The notes: generated by a model not told the origin, from the sequence alone. Positions 50,561 to 63,206 are shown, counted from the whole stretch's first letter. The stretch: DNA of 63,206 bases, filler included, from Reticulomyxa filosa (GCA_000512085.1; 9 parts of 9 records of this genome joined end to end with filler, not necessarily neighbours in it), one strand, 5' to 3'. Program-made: numbers and translations.

Positions 50561-51985
50561 TGGATTATTACAACCAAATGATTCAGTATATTTCCCTCAT
50601 TTGATATTTCAGGAATGGCTTGCTGCTTATTATTTGGTTAATTGTTTGTTGTTGACCAATGTTACAAACAAAATTTTAAAAAACACACTGAGACGTGTGC
50701 AAAATTACTTGTGTGATATCAGTGAAATTAAATGAATAGCAATTGGATGATGTTATTGAATTGTTCATGGATGGACTTGTTGACAAATATATTTATGAAA
50801 TATGTGCATTATTATCAATTGCAGAAATAGCATTGCTCTTAATGAGAGACAATTGAATAAAGTGTTTGTTTGATGAATGCCTTTGAGAGTGGAAAAATTA
50901 CAATTTGTGATGGATGTGCACACGCACTTGCAACGAGTTCATCACAATTGAGAGAAAACAGTTGGATAATGCATTCCAACGTTTCATTAACAGGTTTCCT
51001 TCATATTTTCATAAAACAAAAGGTTGGTTTGATAAAACAGATGCGATTCAATTTATAATGATATTGAAAAAAGGACAGTTAGATGATATCTTTCAATGTT
51101 TGATTGATCGCTTATCCGATGAAAAAGAAAACGATGATGTTCTTATGAAATGCGTAGAATTAATTGGAAAAATTTCAAAAAAATGGAATGAAAAGTAATT
51201 GATTGATGCTTTCAGTTCTTTAATATCATTGGTGGGATTACTTGAAAAAGTATCAACGAAATTGAATGGCAAACAATTATATTTATTGATGATATATTTG
51301 TTGGAAGAGATTTACACAGTATGTTCGAGATGCATTATCAACAATATCCGAAATATATGGAAACGTGAAGCAATTGATAGATTGAAAGAAAATATCCAAA
51401 TGAAAAATGAAAATACATTGATGATGAACGAAAAGAATTCAAATAATCAAACAGCAAATAACACGAACATTGGATTATTGGCATTTGGTTTGATGATATT
51501 TATTTCTCGCATTCAATTGAGCTGCAATGATAATAATAATATCAATTTTGATGATTTAAATGAGCTAATCAGATATTGTGATAAACAGGTGATTCAGTGG
51601 ACTGATGACAATAATACAATGATATTCCATATCCTTATCTGGGTAATGAAATTGAAAAAACTTCTAATGATGAAAAGACATACAGGCAATGCCACACTGT
51701 TGTTCATGAAGCAGCAAAATCAGGAAATTTGTCACAATTCAAGTTGATATTGCAAAATCATCCCGATATTGATATAATGATTCATGTAATGAACATCAAC
51801 AAACTCCATTACATTTGGCAATCAAAATCAACATTGGGATATTGCCCGTTATTGCATTGAACAAGGTGCATATATTGATATCAAAGAGGGTACTGTTAAC
51901 TCTCACCTTAAGAACTCCTTTTGGAAATATCATGAATTTATGATGAAACATAAAAAGAATAAGAATACCAAAGAGTATTTAGATG
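50561..51985 (+). pseudogene. Decayed NACHT-associated/HEAT-repeat/ankyrin gene (NLR-like architecture)
   Basis: VYFPHLIFQEWLAAYYLV (NACHT winged-helix FxHxxFQEyfAA motif); HEAT-like repeats QLDNAFQRFI, QLDDIFQCLIDRL..KCVELIGKIS; ankyrin QQTPLHLAI..WDIARYCIEQGAYIDIKEG. Many stops and frameshifts. Confidence 0.75.
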
Positions 51986-52085
51986 NNNNNNNNNNNNNNN
52001 NNNNNNNNNNNNNNNNNNNNNNNNNNNNNTTAATTAATTAANNNNNNNNNNNNNNNNNNNNNNNNNNNNNNNNNNNNNNNNNNNN
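51986..52085. other. Artificial contig linker
   Basis: N44-TTAATTAATTAA-N44. Confidence 0.99.
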
Positions 52086-52686
52086 TCTTATAACGAAGCC
52101 TTATGGCAAATTGAGTGCTCCTAAGTGACACTTGAGAATCCCAAACTTTCTTTATTCTATTTTGTTTTTTTGGGGCTGGATCCTTTTCATGTTTATTTAA
52201 CCTTTGTTTTAAGGAAAATCACTCGAGAGTGCCAAACACTTGCAGACTTCTTTAAGGGGAACATTCTCTACATTGTAATTTTGGATAATGGTAATCTTGA
52301 ACTTTTTGATTATGATTTTCCTTACTGTGAAAGTGATACGCGATGGGGGAAATAGTGTCAGTTGGATTAGTTCCAATTGAAAAAAGTATTTGAATGATTT
52401 TAGACGTTGGATACCTGCTTGAATTTCGAATTTAAATTAAATCAAAATCAACATAAAGAAAACAAATAAAGCATGTAGTTAAATGTCACTAAGTTTTTCA
52501 GTTTGGTTATTTTTATAATCATTTTTTTTTGGTTTTATAATCATTTTTCAAGATTTGGGCTGCATAACTCTTACCAAAAAAACCTTCACAAGCTACGCAT
52601 CAGCCCTCTTAAAGTAGCAAACAAAGAGGGGGGGGGGGAGAATAAATCATCAATGATATGGACTAACGTGAGGGAATAAGATTGAA

Positions 52687-53383
52687 TTATGAAGTTTGTT
52701 GATTTTGATGATTGTTTAAAATATTGATAACTGTCTCCTTTTTTTCTTGATCACTTTGAGCGAGCTCTTCTTTTCGTTTGGCATAGTCTTTCATGGATAT
52801 TCTTCCATCGTTCAAGTGTTTTTTGAGACGTGTCAAGGATTCGGGTTTGCACGTTTGTTGCCATTTTTCGAACAATTGCGGAAATCGCTCACTGAATTGC
52901 TTCAAACAAATGTCATGAAAGTATATCACTTCATTCATTTCATCAAAAGCAGTGCGAGGCAGCAGTTCTTTATCTTGCCAATCGCCTAAGATTTCCTGAA
53001 TGTACCCTGGATTGTCTTCCTGTCCAATGTGATTAATTGCATAATTGGTAATTAAAAACATGATCCACATAAATAGATAGATAGATAGATAAAGATATAC
53101 TTTATGTATGTATGCAATGTAATAAGTAACAACTAAACAAAGTCCTTCATTTTTTTAGCATAGTCGGCATCCTCTTGATTAACATAATCAGCATTTGCAG
53201 CTAAATTTAATGTTTCATTTCTTTCCGTGAAATGGTGAACAGATCTTTCATCATCATCTTCGCCCGTTTCCATTTTATTCTTTTTTGTTTCATCGTTACT
53301 CACACCACTGTTTTGACTTGCATTATCCTTGTTATCATCTTTATTATCATTATCATTGTCATTGTCATCGTCATCGTCATCAT

Positions 53384-53415
<32 letters not shown>

Positions 53416-53852
53416 ACGTTTTCCACTTCCACCTCATCGCCATCGACCATGTCATCGTCGTCCTCTTCGTCATCATCCTCCACGGCGCCTTCTTCTTCAA
53501 AGTTAAATTCCAACAAATAAGTGACCAAATCCACGGCCAGCTGCACCAATCGATTGGGATGCAAGGAGGGAGGAAGTTGGAGTGGCTCCAAAGTCAGCAC
53601 GCTGGAAAGACCAACTATGACACAGCGTTGTTGAGGCCATTTCATATTTCCAAACTCTTTGCCAATCAGGTCCAAAAGATCATTCACCTTGTTTTTCAAA
53701 TGGAGCATCTTTAAAAACTGTTCCGGATCCGCAAAGCATATCAAACACACGATGCTGAGCATCGCCCCTTGCGTTGTAGCGTTTTTGGTGCTGGAGTACT
53801 TGAGCATGCACATTTCCATCACGCGTGGGTTGTAAGGACGCAAGTTCACCAC
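52687..53852 (-). CDS. Importin-7/8 (Nmd5/Sxm1-like) C-terminal part, 5'-truncated
   Basis: HEAT-like CFADPEQFLKML..QQRCVIVGLSSVL, then a long D/E-rich loop, EDADY, and RTAFDEMNEVIYF. This is the typical IPO7/8 C-terminal layout. Confidence 0.68.
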
Positions 53853-53949
53853 CGAGTAATTTTTTTAAGCGAGAGTACAGGGTTTCGAACAGTACGCCAA
53901 AAACCTTTTTTTTTTTTTTTTTTTTTTTAAAAATTTAAAAAAAAAAAAA

Positions 53950-54049
53950 NNNNNNNNNNNNNNNNNNNNNNNNNNNNNNNNNNNNNNNNNNNNTTAATTA
54001 ATTAANNNNNNNNNNNNNNNNNNNNNNNNNNNNNNNNNNNNNNNNNNNN
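53950..54049. other. Artificial contig linker
   Basis: N44-TTAATTAATTAA-N44. Confidence 0.99.
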
Positions 54050-54513
54050 TGGTGGCAAGTGATGGAAAATATGTATCAATTGACGAAATGCGTATGTCAT
54101 TTAATTGCTATAAAATGGAGGCATTTAAAGATCTTCCAAAAATATTTATTATTGATGCTTGTCGTGGTGAAAATGCTCCAAAATCTTACGAACTTGCAAT
54201 GCGAGGAAATGAAATACTACATGGACATAACGACGATGGATTTCTGATCATTTGGTCAACTACAAAAGGACATCGAGTAGCTGACCTGTCATTATTGAGT
54301 CATTGCATGAAAAACGTTGTGACGTCAAAATATAAAAGTGGTTATCCATTCAAGAAAATGTTGCAAGATATTAGAACAGAAATCCGCAAAAATAAAAGTA
54401 GTGAATGGTATTGTGTGGAAAATCAAGACACCACAGATTATGACATCATTTTTCAGCAAAGAAAGTCTTTTAAAAAAATAAGTGAACATTTTATTTGGGA
54501 CGGTTTTATTTGA
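54050..54513 (+). CDS. Caspase-like peptidase C14 domain, C-terminal half (5'-truncated)
   Basis: VASDGKYVSIDEMR..F..LPKIFIIDACRG (compare caspase PKLFIIQACRG) and p10-like GFLIIWSTTKGH. The catalytic His would lie just upstream of the contig break. Confidence 0.85.
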
Positions 54514-55379
54514 ATTTGCATTGTTTATACTTGTCTTTGCAATAAGTTTCAAATGGTTGGAAACATCCAACAAGTTTAATTAATTTGTTGATAAAATAGG
54601 TAATTTTTGTTGCTGTTGATATCATGCTTATTTTTAAAAAATGTAAAAAGCAGATGTAATCAGTATTCAACAAAACTTGTCCTATTGTAAAACGTAAGTG
54701 CAATAATCGAGTTTTTAAATGTGCTACGAAAACTTTTTAGAAATAATATTATAAATTATTTGTTGTTCAGTGTTTATTATTTTGTAGAAATTAAAACTAT
54801 AATTACTAGTTTTACTTAAACATTAAGACAGTAACAAAAAAAAACAACTAAACTTTCTAAGCATTTCTTTAATTACCCTTGTTGAATTCCTCGATTTTAA
54901 TGTTTGAAAATTTAAATTAGATAATTGAACACACAATAAAAAAATACAAGTTTTAATTTCCCAAATACAAAAAATCAGAAACAAGTTTTTTCTTATTAAA
55001 AAAATACTTGCTAAGTTTTTCAATTCAAATAATGATGCGTTAACAATAATAAAAAGAAGTTTATGCAACTATGGATGAAAAAAAGATTTTTTGTTATTTG
55101 TCACTATTAAAAAAAAATTAATGTGTCTGATTTAAATACAGTCCGATTTATTAAACATAATGTCTTACCAACAAACAATATCATTGTCTTATGTTAAAAT
55201 CAGAAAATGGGCAAAATATGATGAAAACGAAAAGAAGTAAAATGCTATTGTGTATTTACATTTTCGATTCTATTTCATTACCAAATAACTGATTCACACA
55301 TATATATTTATATAAGATAAACTGTATCCGAAATTCTTCAAAAATAACTTATTTCGACTATTCGTCGTAGTAATTGCAA

Positions 55380-56330
55380 ACACAATAGCTACGTCTTCAT
55401 CGCACAGTGCTTTGTCGATATCATTGAATCGAGAATCCAAACATGAGCCCGACATAACGACAAATTATTGATCACCTCTTCTTTCCTTTCAAATCATATA
55501 AACATATGTAAATATATATTAAAGTATATGTATATATGTTTATATGGTTCTAACAGTTGTTTGTGTATGTGCATGTTTGTTTCGAACAATTGCGATGGTA
55601 AACTTTTCTTCTGCCAGAGGAAGAACGTTCGACAGCAAATGCAATCGCAGTCGATTGTCATTTCGCAGTTGGTCGTCATTTCTAACATGGTCTCACGCTG
55701 CTTTTTTTTCCCTGTTTCGCTTCAGTCACATCATCCAATGTCAATCCATAGTACGCTCTGTTCACAAACTTTTTCGCACAATTCCATTACAATATAATTT
55801 TCTTTTCATTTTTATTAATTGTCAAATATACCATCAACTGCGAGTCCGGTGGTGCCGGCCCTTCTGTGTCTTCTCCTATTCGTTGCAAGTGAAAAACAGT
55901 ATCTTATGTATGTATAACGCATGTTGTCTTTCATATTATTTTTATTATTATTTGTCTCTTTGTTTACGTTGCCGGTGAAAAATTGAATAGTGTCAGATCT
56001 AGTAATAATCCCAAATTTCGGATGCGTACTTCCACAAAAGGATCATATCTTGCGTTCTCACAAATACTCATACACAATATTTCACATTTGCATGTCTCTT
56101 CTTTTGGCAAATGATTCGTTTTTGTCAGAGTGTGTCGACATACATTGTATCCCAACTCATGCTAAAATTTGCTTCGATTTGTAGGATCGTATCCAAACAC
56201 TTGTAAAGGAAGCTCTGGAGGTGACAATCTCACATCAATATTCTATTCAACCATATATGAAATTCGCAAGTTTGGAATCCTATCTTTGTCATTACCTTTC
56301 TCATTGAAGTATTTGGTAAGTCTGTCCATT
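55380..56330 (-). pseudogene. Decayed gene of unknown family
   Basis: Long protein-like frame KYFNEKGNDKDRIPNLRISYMVE*NIDVRLSPPELPLQVFGYDPTNRSKF*HELGYNVCR with in-frame TAGs; intron-like TA repeats. Confidence 0.5.
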
Positions 56331-56699
56331 TCAAAAATATGCGGGAGGGGGGAGGGAAGAAAAGAACGTAACAAATTATTACACACATTTTTGATATAAA
56401 AATTTATTATGATCATTTAATAATAAACATGTTCTGAAAAAAATGTCAAAAAATCAAATATAAAATGTACGAGCTTTAAAACCAATGTTCAACTGCATTA
56501 AGTTCTATTTGTACCAAAAATTTAGTGAATGCCTTTCTATTTAATACTTAAGTATTCCATGAACAACTCAAAAGGCTATGAGACTACATCCTTCAAGAAG
56601 GTTATATTATGTCGCTTTTGAACTGTATTTGTTTGCAAAAAAATGTTTTGGTATCTTCTAAAAGGATTGTCTTTATTTATTAACAAAGATAAAACAGAA

Positions 56700-59400
56700 A
56701 AAAAGCGCCAACCAATCAAATGTATTCAGTCAAATTCAAACAAGAGATAGAAGTTTCAACCAAAGCCAACCAAGAGAGACAAGCAAGACCACAGCTGATG
56801 ATATTAAAAGCTATAGAGATAGCTCTCGTCAGCCGTTTTTAACTTGCAATTCAAAACAGGCAAAATTTATTTTCTTAGGTGACAAGAAAGAAGGATTTGG
56901 AGAGAGATGGGGAAAAGATGGAGGAAAGAAGACAAAACAACTACTTTTAAACACGGAGTCAACTAAGCAGCAAAATGGGCATGAAAACGACAGAAAAGAG
57001 GAGGCAATAGGTGCGTTTGAAAAATATTACATATTATACGATACATTCAAAGGAAAAAAACGGATATGCATATACAAATATGATACAGATGTGCACGTTT
57101 CTTGTACAGACAGCAGGAAAATAGTCGAAGTCACTGAGAATGAACAAGAGCAAGTCCAGAGCAACAATCAAAATAAAATACACAAGACGAAGATGAAAGT
57201 TTGTGCTTTTCTTGGAAGGAGCGGATGGAGCACTCTGTTCATGTTGGCAGCGGTGATGACACAAGACTATAGCTTTTGGTTATCGTATTTGACGCAAGAG
57301 GCCAATAAAATAATTCCATTGTATCAAAGAATTTTCGGATTGAATGAATCACAAGTGATTTGCTGGCCAACCAAGTATTGTCAGTTGTCGTGATGGACAT
57401 GTGCAGTCGCTGCAGCAATCTCGATGATCGACAACGACAGAAAGTTCGACTATATCTCTCGTGTCGGGATCGTCTTCAACGTCAGCGTCAGCATCAACTT
57501 CGGGATCATCTCCATCACCATCCAACTCACGAACAAGGAGCATGAAAGAACATCGACATAGCGGCAATGACATTTTGGCAATGATAGAAACGCAGTCTGT
57601 GGGTCATCGTCAACGGTCCGCGACGACAGAATGCCCTTATCTCGGATTTGATTCCACAATATCAAATTTGCCGGAAAAGCCGTTCTGGAAACACACGGCA
57701 AATCGAGCTAGTCGTGCCAATGGACATAATAACTGGAGACAGCGTCAATACAGCCATAGTACTAACAATAATAACAATAACAATAATAATAATAATAACA
57801 ATAAAAGCAAACGTATGGTTCCTGGTGGGAAGGATGGTAGAAGTGTGACAACTATGATGTGAATATGAACAACGATGGCAATTACACAGAATATGACGAT
57901 AATGTTGATTCAATTCCAATTGGAAATCCAGGAAGTGATTTAAAATGTGGTCAGTGATCGATTTCATGGACGAAACAACAGCAATGATTTCAATAACAAT
58001 AAAAATAAAAATGATAATAATGATAATAACAGTTGTGACAACATCAATGTACATAACAAACGCAAAAATGACGAACCGAGAGACGATGGCAATGGCGGCG
58101 AGGAGATATACTATGTAATCACAAATATCACTGGGATCATGTAATCACAGTCGCCCTTTCTCATCAGGACCAATATAAACATCATGTACAATCATTAGTA
58201 GATGGTCATTTGACAGGAACCGCCATCGATGCGACGGGGTTCCTTGATGATATCTGAAAAGCAAAGGCTGCAAACAAATTCATGTCATGGCGGTGTAAAT
58301 GCTACGTGGAGAAGTAATCGAAGCGAAGCAATAAATGATTAGTCATCAAATATTCAGCGGTTCTCAAATGCGGATCGTTCGTAATCTTGTCAAAACCAGA
58401 TAGGGCAATCAAATGTAATTGCCACCAGTCGTGTTTTCTCCTCCGGACTCATATGGACTGCAGCACAACTATCAGCAGACGGTCTTTCGACAGTGGATTC
58501 CGCCAACGAAACGGTGAATATGTCAAGCTCCTGGACTGTATCCAGAATACAATTGCTGCAACCGAATTCATGTCAAGCGAATGTAAAATCCACTGGAGCA
58601 AGTAATCAAAACGAAGCAATTATTGACCCGGCATCAAATGCACTATTGTCCTCCAATGCGGATCATTTGCAATCATGTCAAATATTGGGAAAGAAATCGA
58701 ATCCAACGCCCACCGATGTAAAATCAGTCATACAATCTCACTCAGAGCAACACAAACAGCAAACGCAACTGCTAACAGATAACCACGTGACTGAGCCAAT
58801 ACAATTCCAAATATACTTCGTCCTTTGAAAGCAGCTTCAAGGCAAACATATTTGATCGATTGATAGTGTCTTGAAGCAGAGGTCACTGGCGTATCATTGG
58901 ATGAGTTATCCCTTCATCACCAGTTGGGCTTTGTTGCTGATGATATATCGTTGCGATTACTTCCAACCAATATTTGGATTTGCTGTCCAACATATTGTGT
59001 TCACCAATGACAATTAATCAGCAATTGCAACAAATGGTCCAAGGTCAATCGTTGGCAGCCATCTCAATCGATGTAATATTGGAAACATTTACCCGGCGGA
59101 TGAACATCAACAGCGGCAAATGGACGAAAGGCAATCGGAACAGTCTTAAACGCGTCAAAGCAAACACAGCAATTTGAGGGAAGTGTGGTGAACGTGGCAT
59201 CCACCGACGCAACAGTATTGGTACCGAACATATCATGTTCTTCTAACATGGTAGTACGGCAAAGCCTGAGAGCTGAAGTGGCGCAAGCGACACGACCTTC
59301 GGAGCATGTAAAACAAAAGTTCCATCATGAGATGCGAGTGACTGGCATACATGAGGCCACGTTGAGCTGCCGAATTTATTGTACCAGCCGATGATGGCCA
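56700..59400 (+). pseudogene. Decayed low-complexity (S/N/Q-rich) gene
   Basis: Coding-like composition with poly-Asn and Ser-rich tracts, broken by TGA stops and frameshifts into ORFs 57091, 57461, 57947, 58493 and 58974. Confidence 0.5.
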
Positions 59401-59449
59401 ATCAACAAGCGCAAGAGGAGGAAAAAAAAAGTATAGAAAAAAAAAACAT

Positions 59450-60500
59450 AGTCAAAACCTTCTTTTTTTTTGCCGATCATAGGCGAGCCTCTACTTTCAC
59501 TAATCTCACTTTCGGAAACGGATATTTCTCGATCGTCATTATTGGCTGCACCTAATCTCAAATACGAGGTATTGTCATCGGCGAGAAAGTGTTCGATTAG
59601 CCATTTGGCGACAGCCTTTCGCCTTCGTTGTTTTGTTCCTTGTCTTTGCTGACATCTTCCAAATATGCTCGTCAAGCATCGGTGACGATACTTGTAGTTT
59701 GCGACAAGGTACTCATTCCGTCAATGGTGCCACCGCTTCGGTGAACATGAGATTGGCAATAAGTCCTGTCATCCCAATTCCTACTCCACTTCCTTGACCA
59801 GTATTATTATTATTATTATTATTATGTGAGGTATTTCATGCATTCAACTGCTGATTAAGTTAGTCTAATGCTTCAACACCGAGTCAAATAACTGAGTGTT
59901 TTCGTTTGTGGATCGATCCATTCATTTGAATTTTTTTGCACTTTGGCCATTTTCTCACAAATTTGTGCGATCATGCACCGTTGCAGCAGTAATTCCACTT
60001 CCTGTCCCTGCTCTTCCAAGTGAAGCAGTGGCAGCATTTCCACTGAGGGTGTTTTTCAAGCGATTGGTACTTGCCAGAATGACGCCGGAGCCGCTACTGT
60101 TGTGTTGACTGCTGTTGCTGCAGCGACGATCCCAGTTGAAGATAAAGCCAGGGACGGAAGCATTGGGATATGAGGAGAAGGTAGAAGAATGGAGAGGAAG
60201 ATCAGACACCCCATCGTCCTCATCATATCCAAAGCGAATGGTATTGATTTGATAAGTGAAATTTTGACGAAGAAGAGTGAGATCGTCAATGGCTTGGCAA
60301 TTCGGAATTGACAAGTTTCAAAGTGTTGCAACAATTGGACAATGTCACGTTGTTTGAATACGACCAAGTTCTGAAAGTGTTTGAGTTGATCCAAGCAATA
60401 GGGGATATCAAAATGCGCCAGTCCAAACGCTTCTTCGTGGAGTCACGTAAAAAGTGTGCAAAGCGATTGGCGTTGCTACACTTGAAGGCCATGGTAAGTA
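59450..60500 (-). pseudogene. Decayed gene of unknown family
   Basis: Successive overlapping minus ORFs (60286-60528, 60056-60394, 59955-60314, 59376-59675) read as one frameshifted protein. Confidence 0.4.
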
Positions 60501-61220
60501 GTTCTTTCACTTGTTTGGTACACAGCAAGCGGATTAATGTGGCAAGTGATCTGATTTTTATTTGATCAAATAAAAATAATGTATCCCTTTTTGCTTTGTT
60601 GATTTGAAGAGTTTTTTATTATTATTTGACTGTATATCTTTTGTTATAGTTTCACTGTTAGAACTACATTGCGAATTGTTTTTTTATTAAAAAACATTAA
60701 ATGATCTGTTTCTTTTTACTTTGAAAAACTCATTCTACAACATATGCTAGAACATCTTCTTAAAATAACATTTTGACTTAATAATTAGTCTGTGTTTTAT
60801 CACAATTATAAATAGTTTTGAACAAATAATAAGTTACATCGATCAGGGCAATTCAAAAAATAATCAAGTTTATCAAATAAACATTATACAAGTAATTAAA
60901 TTTGAAACATCAATGATTAAATGAATTCAAAATCTATTCTTTTTGTAAATACAATTCATTGAATTATCTAAACATAAACTATTCCTGAAATATTTAATCA
61001 TTGCAATTTTTTGAATTATTAATTATCTATATTTCAACTCAAGAGAAGATATTGTTCTTAATAATACACCCTGTTATCACTTTAACATTTTCTTGTTTTG
61101 AGTATTTTGATGATGTGCATGCAATGCGGTTTGATATGTCTTGTGTTGACAAAATTATCTAGTGAGAATATAAGAAACGAGATTCCAAATTGGTTTCTTG
61201 TTCAATACTTTCTATCTAAA

Positions 61221-61320
61221 NNNNNNNNNNNNNNNNNNNNNNNNNNNNNNNNNNNNNNNNNNNNTTAATTAATTAANNNNNNNNNNNNNNNNNNNNNNNN
61301 NNNNNNNNNNNNNNNNNNNN
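61221..61320. other. Artificial contig linker
   Basis: N44-TTAATTAATTAA-N44. Confidence 0.99.
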
Positions 61321-61357
61321 GTTTTCGCAAGGCTTTATTCTAGTCATGCATTTTCAG

Positions 61358-61698
61358 ATGGAGTCAGTACTTTTTCCGATCCGCAAGTATACGTTAATCA
61401 AAGTGATATGACAACTATCTACGTATACGGACGAAAGAACACCCCTGGACAAATGACCTTTATGACCTTTGTCAATGCACCGACGTAGTACATTTTCGAG
61501 GTCACTCAAAATGAGTTCAATTGCAATTATATCATTTGGGATGACACAAATCAAACCTTGCTCACTTGTAACTTCACAAGAACCATCCGTGCCTGGACCG
61601 GACCGTCTTACCAGTCCCTGCTCTACTTTGGTGGCACTGAGACCATGTCACAACGTGTTACTGTCTCTTATAGCTGTTTGCTGATACTTTTTTTTTAA
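61358..61698 (+). pseudogene. Terminal exon of a secreted/beta-rich protein with one in-frame TAG
   Basis: After ttttcag: GVSTFSDPQVYVNQSDMTTIYVYG..NAPT*YIFEVTQNEFNCNYIIWDDTNQTLLTCNFTRT. Contains several NxS/T sequons; TAG at 61486-61488. Confidence 0.5.
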
Positions 61699-62339
61699 AA
61701 AAATTTTGAATTAGTTGTGGTCTTATATATAAGTACATGTTCCAGGTGATTTGATTTTTTTGTATGTGTGTATCTTTTTACATTTCTGTGTACGTTGTTT
61801 AAAATTGGGTATCATTTGTTTATTCTTTTTTTTCTCAATTTTTTTTAGCCAGTTGATCACATTAAAGAATAACTCGTATTTCGCTATCTTTTCACTTTTT
61901 TGTTATTTTTAAAAAGAAAAGAATGCTGTCTTTTTTTCTCGTAACATTATTCATCACAAAAGTTTGGTGAGATAGAAAAATAACTGCACAAACGAACTCT
62001 CCAAGGAGGAAACACTTGGAGACGAGATATTTTCAACTGCAGAAATAAAGAAGAACGCAATAAAGATTGCATATTTCAATCAACTGGTTCAGATATTGAT
62101 GCTGATTTGTATTCAAATCAGAAATAGGGCAAAAGAGATTACTGAAAATAAAAAGGAAAAAGAGAATAAATAATTCTGTTCATAACAATGAATTTTATAT
62201 TGAATTTAATGAAATAATAATGCGTTTGAATAGCTGAATAAAAACATAAAAAAAATGGGACGCACATAACAACGTGAAAATAAAAACAACACAGCCACAA
62301 TATAATCTCTTTTCAATATCATTTTTGCGCACAAACACT

Positions 62340-63206
62340 TTTTTGTAATGTCTGAAATTGTATGCATTTTGTAACATTCTAAGGTCGCGTTATGTACGTT
62401 TGCTTCTGCTGGTGGGCAATAGCAGGCTTTGCAATAAGATCGAGACTCGATAATGATACAATCAAAGCGTCTTTGGCAACAAATGCAAGCAGCGAAGAAG
62501 AAATAGAAGATACTCTGATATAACAGTGGCTCCAAGCTAGACCATGGCATCGACATTCTCAAGTGCTCGATAACGACAATGACGACGAAATGGAGCCAAT
62601 AGCAATGGAAACGGATTGGAAGCAGCATTCGTGGCCTTTTTTTTATTTGTATTTGATACAATGACTTTGTTGTTTAATGTTGAGCTGTCGTTTTGTCTCG
62701 AGTACGGATGAAGGCAAGAGGGCCAACATTGCTTCGACAAAGAATGCATGATCGTGCTTGTGTCTATGATGGCGATTGTTTATATATTTTGCGAAATGGA
62801 GTAATCCTTGGAAATACAGGTCATCATTCATTTGCCATTACTGCAAGGACGAGACGTATATTACTAGTTTGCACGTATTGTGAGAACATCATTTCCTTGA
62901 CTCAGATGCCGCCTTGGAAGATTCACCAATTTGCGTTTGGTTGGTTGGAGATTGTACTCCCGATATTATAGACGGACTGGATTATCTCACGATCTAACTT
63001 TTTCATGTGTCTTTCGCATTGACACTACTCGCTGTTGTTGATTTTATTTTCATTGAAGGGTACAATATTCTTTTCTGGATATCATTTGCTCCAAATTTTT
63101 TTTGGAGTTTTTGTAATGCATCCATTCTCACCAAGACAGCAATATTTGCTTCAGCATTTTTGTGCACCCTCTTCTTCTCCATTCACGGTTCCACCATCTG
63201 CACCAC
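62340..63206 (-). pseudogene. Decayed coding-like region, unknown family
   Basis: Higher GC; fragmented ORFs 62643-62831, 62537-62749 and 62206-62661. Confidence 0.3.

Noticed and set aside
12088-61320. Recurring TTAATTAATTAA palindrome flanked by Ns
   Set aside because: Artificial six-frame-stop contig linker. Gene neighbourhood across it and ORFs running into it (14257-14577, 27774-28241, 28238-28444) are meaningless.
55964-61698. Alternative genetic code (TAG/TGA reassigned) to explain in-frame stops
   Set aside because: Conserved genes end at expected positions with TAG (EMC1, BTB) and TAA (HAL, RPS26) and have no internal stops. The stop-containing regions mostly also carry frameshifts.

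Overview
This is not a contiguous locus. It is nine AT-rich eukaryotic contigs joined by eight artificial 100-bp linkers (N44-TTAATTAATTAA-N44): A 1-12087, B 12188-14208, C 14309-28185, D 28286-31503, E 31604-50460, F 50561-51985, G 52086-53949, H 54050-61220, I 61321-63206. Genes have short GT-AG introns, (TA)n/(TATG)n intronic microsatellites and poly-Asn tracts, and there are decayed WD40, TPR and NACHT-HEAT-ankyrin paralogues plus a caspase-like fragment. This profile suggests a rhizarian protist such as the foraminiferan Reticulomyxa (inference). Recognisable genes: histidine ammonia-lyase (8 exons, ends in -SKL), COMMD5, a WW-domain protein, APC5 (partial), TMCO4/DUF726 hydrolase, a DNAJB6-like chaperone, an ankyrin-BTB protein, a UCKL1-like UPRT domain (partial), a probable eRF1 3' end, a pseudokinase, a TPR protein, an XK-like membrane protein, RPS26, EMC1, importin-7/8 (partial) and a caspase-like peptidase C14 fragment. 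There are also two degenerate non-LTR retrotransposons and several pseudogenes. Best leads: a possibly peroxisomal HAL; an eS26 missing two of four Zn ligands; a DACRG caspase-like protease alongside NLR-like pseudogenes; a perfectly duplicated 57-bp GC-rich hairpin; a frameshift in the putative eRF1 tail; and a triple-hairpin island with a partial hammerhead-like core. Several frameshifts lie in homopolymers and are probably sequencing errors. No complete, clustered novel system can be demonstrated from this window.
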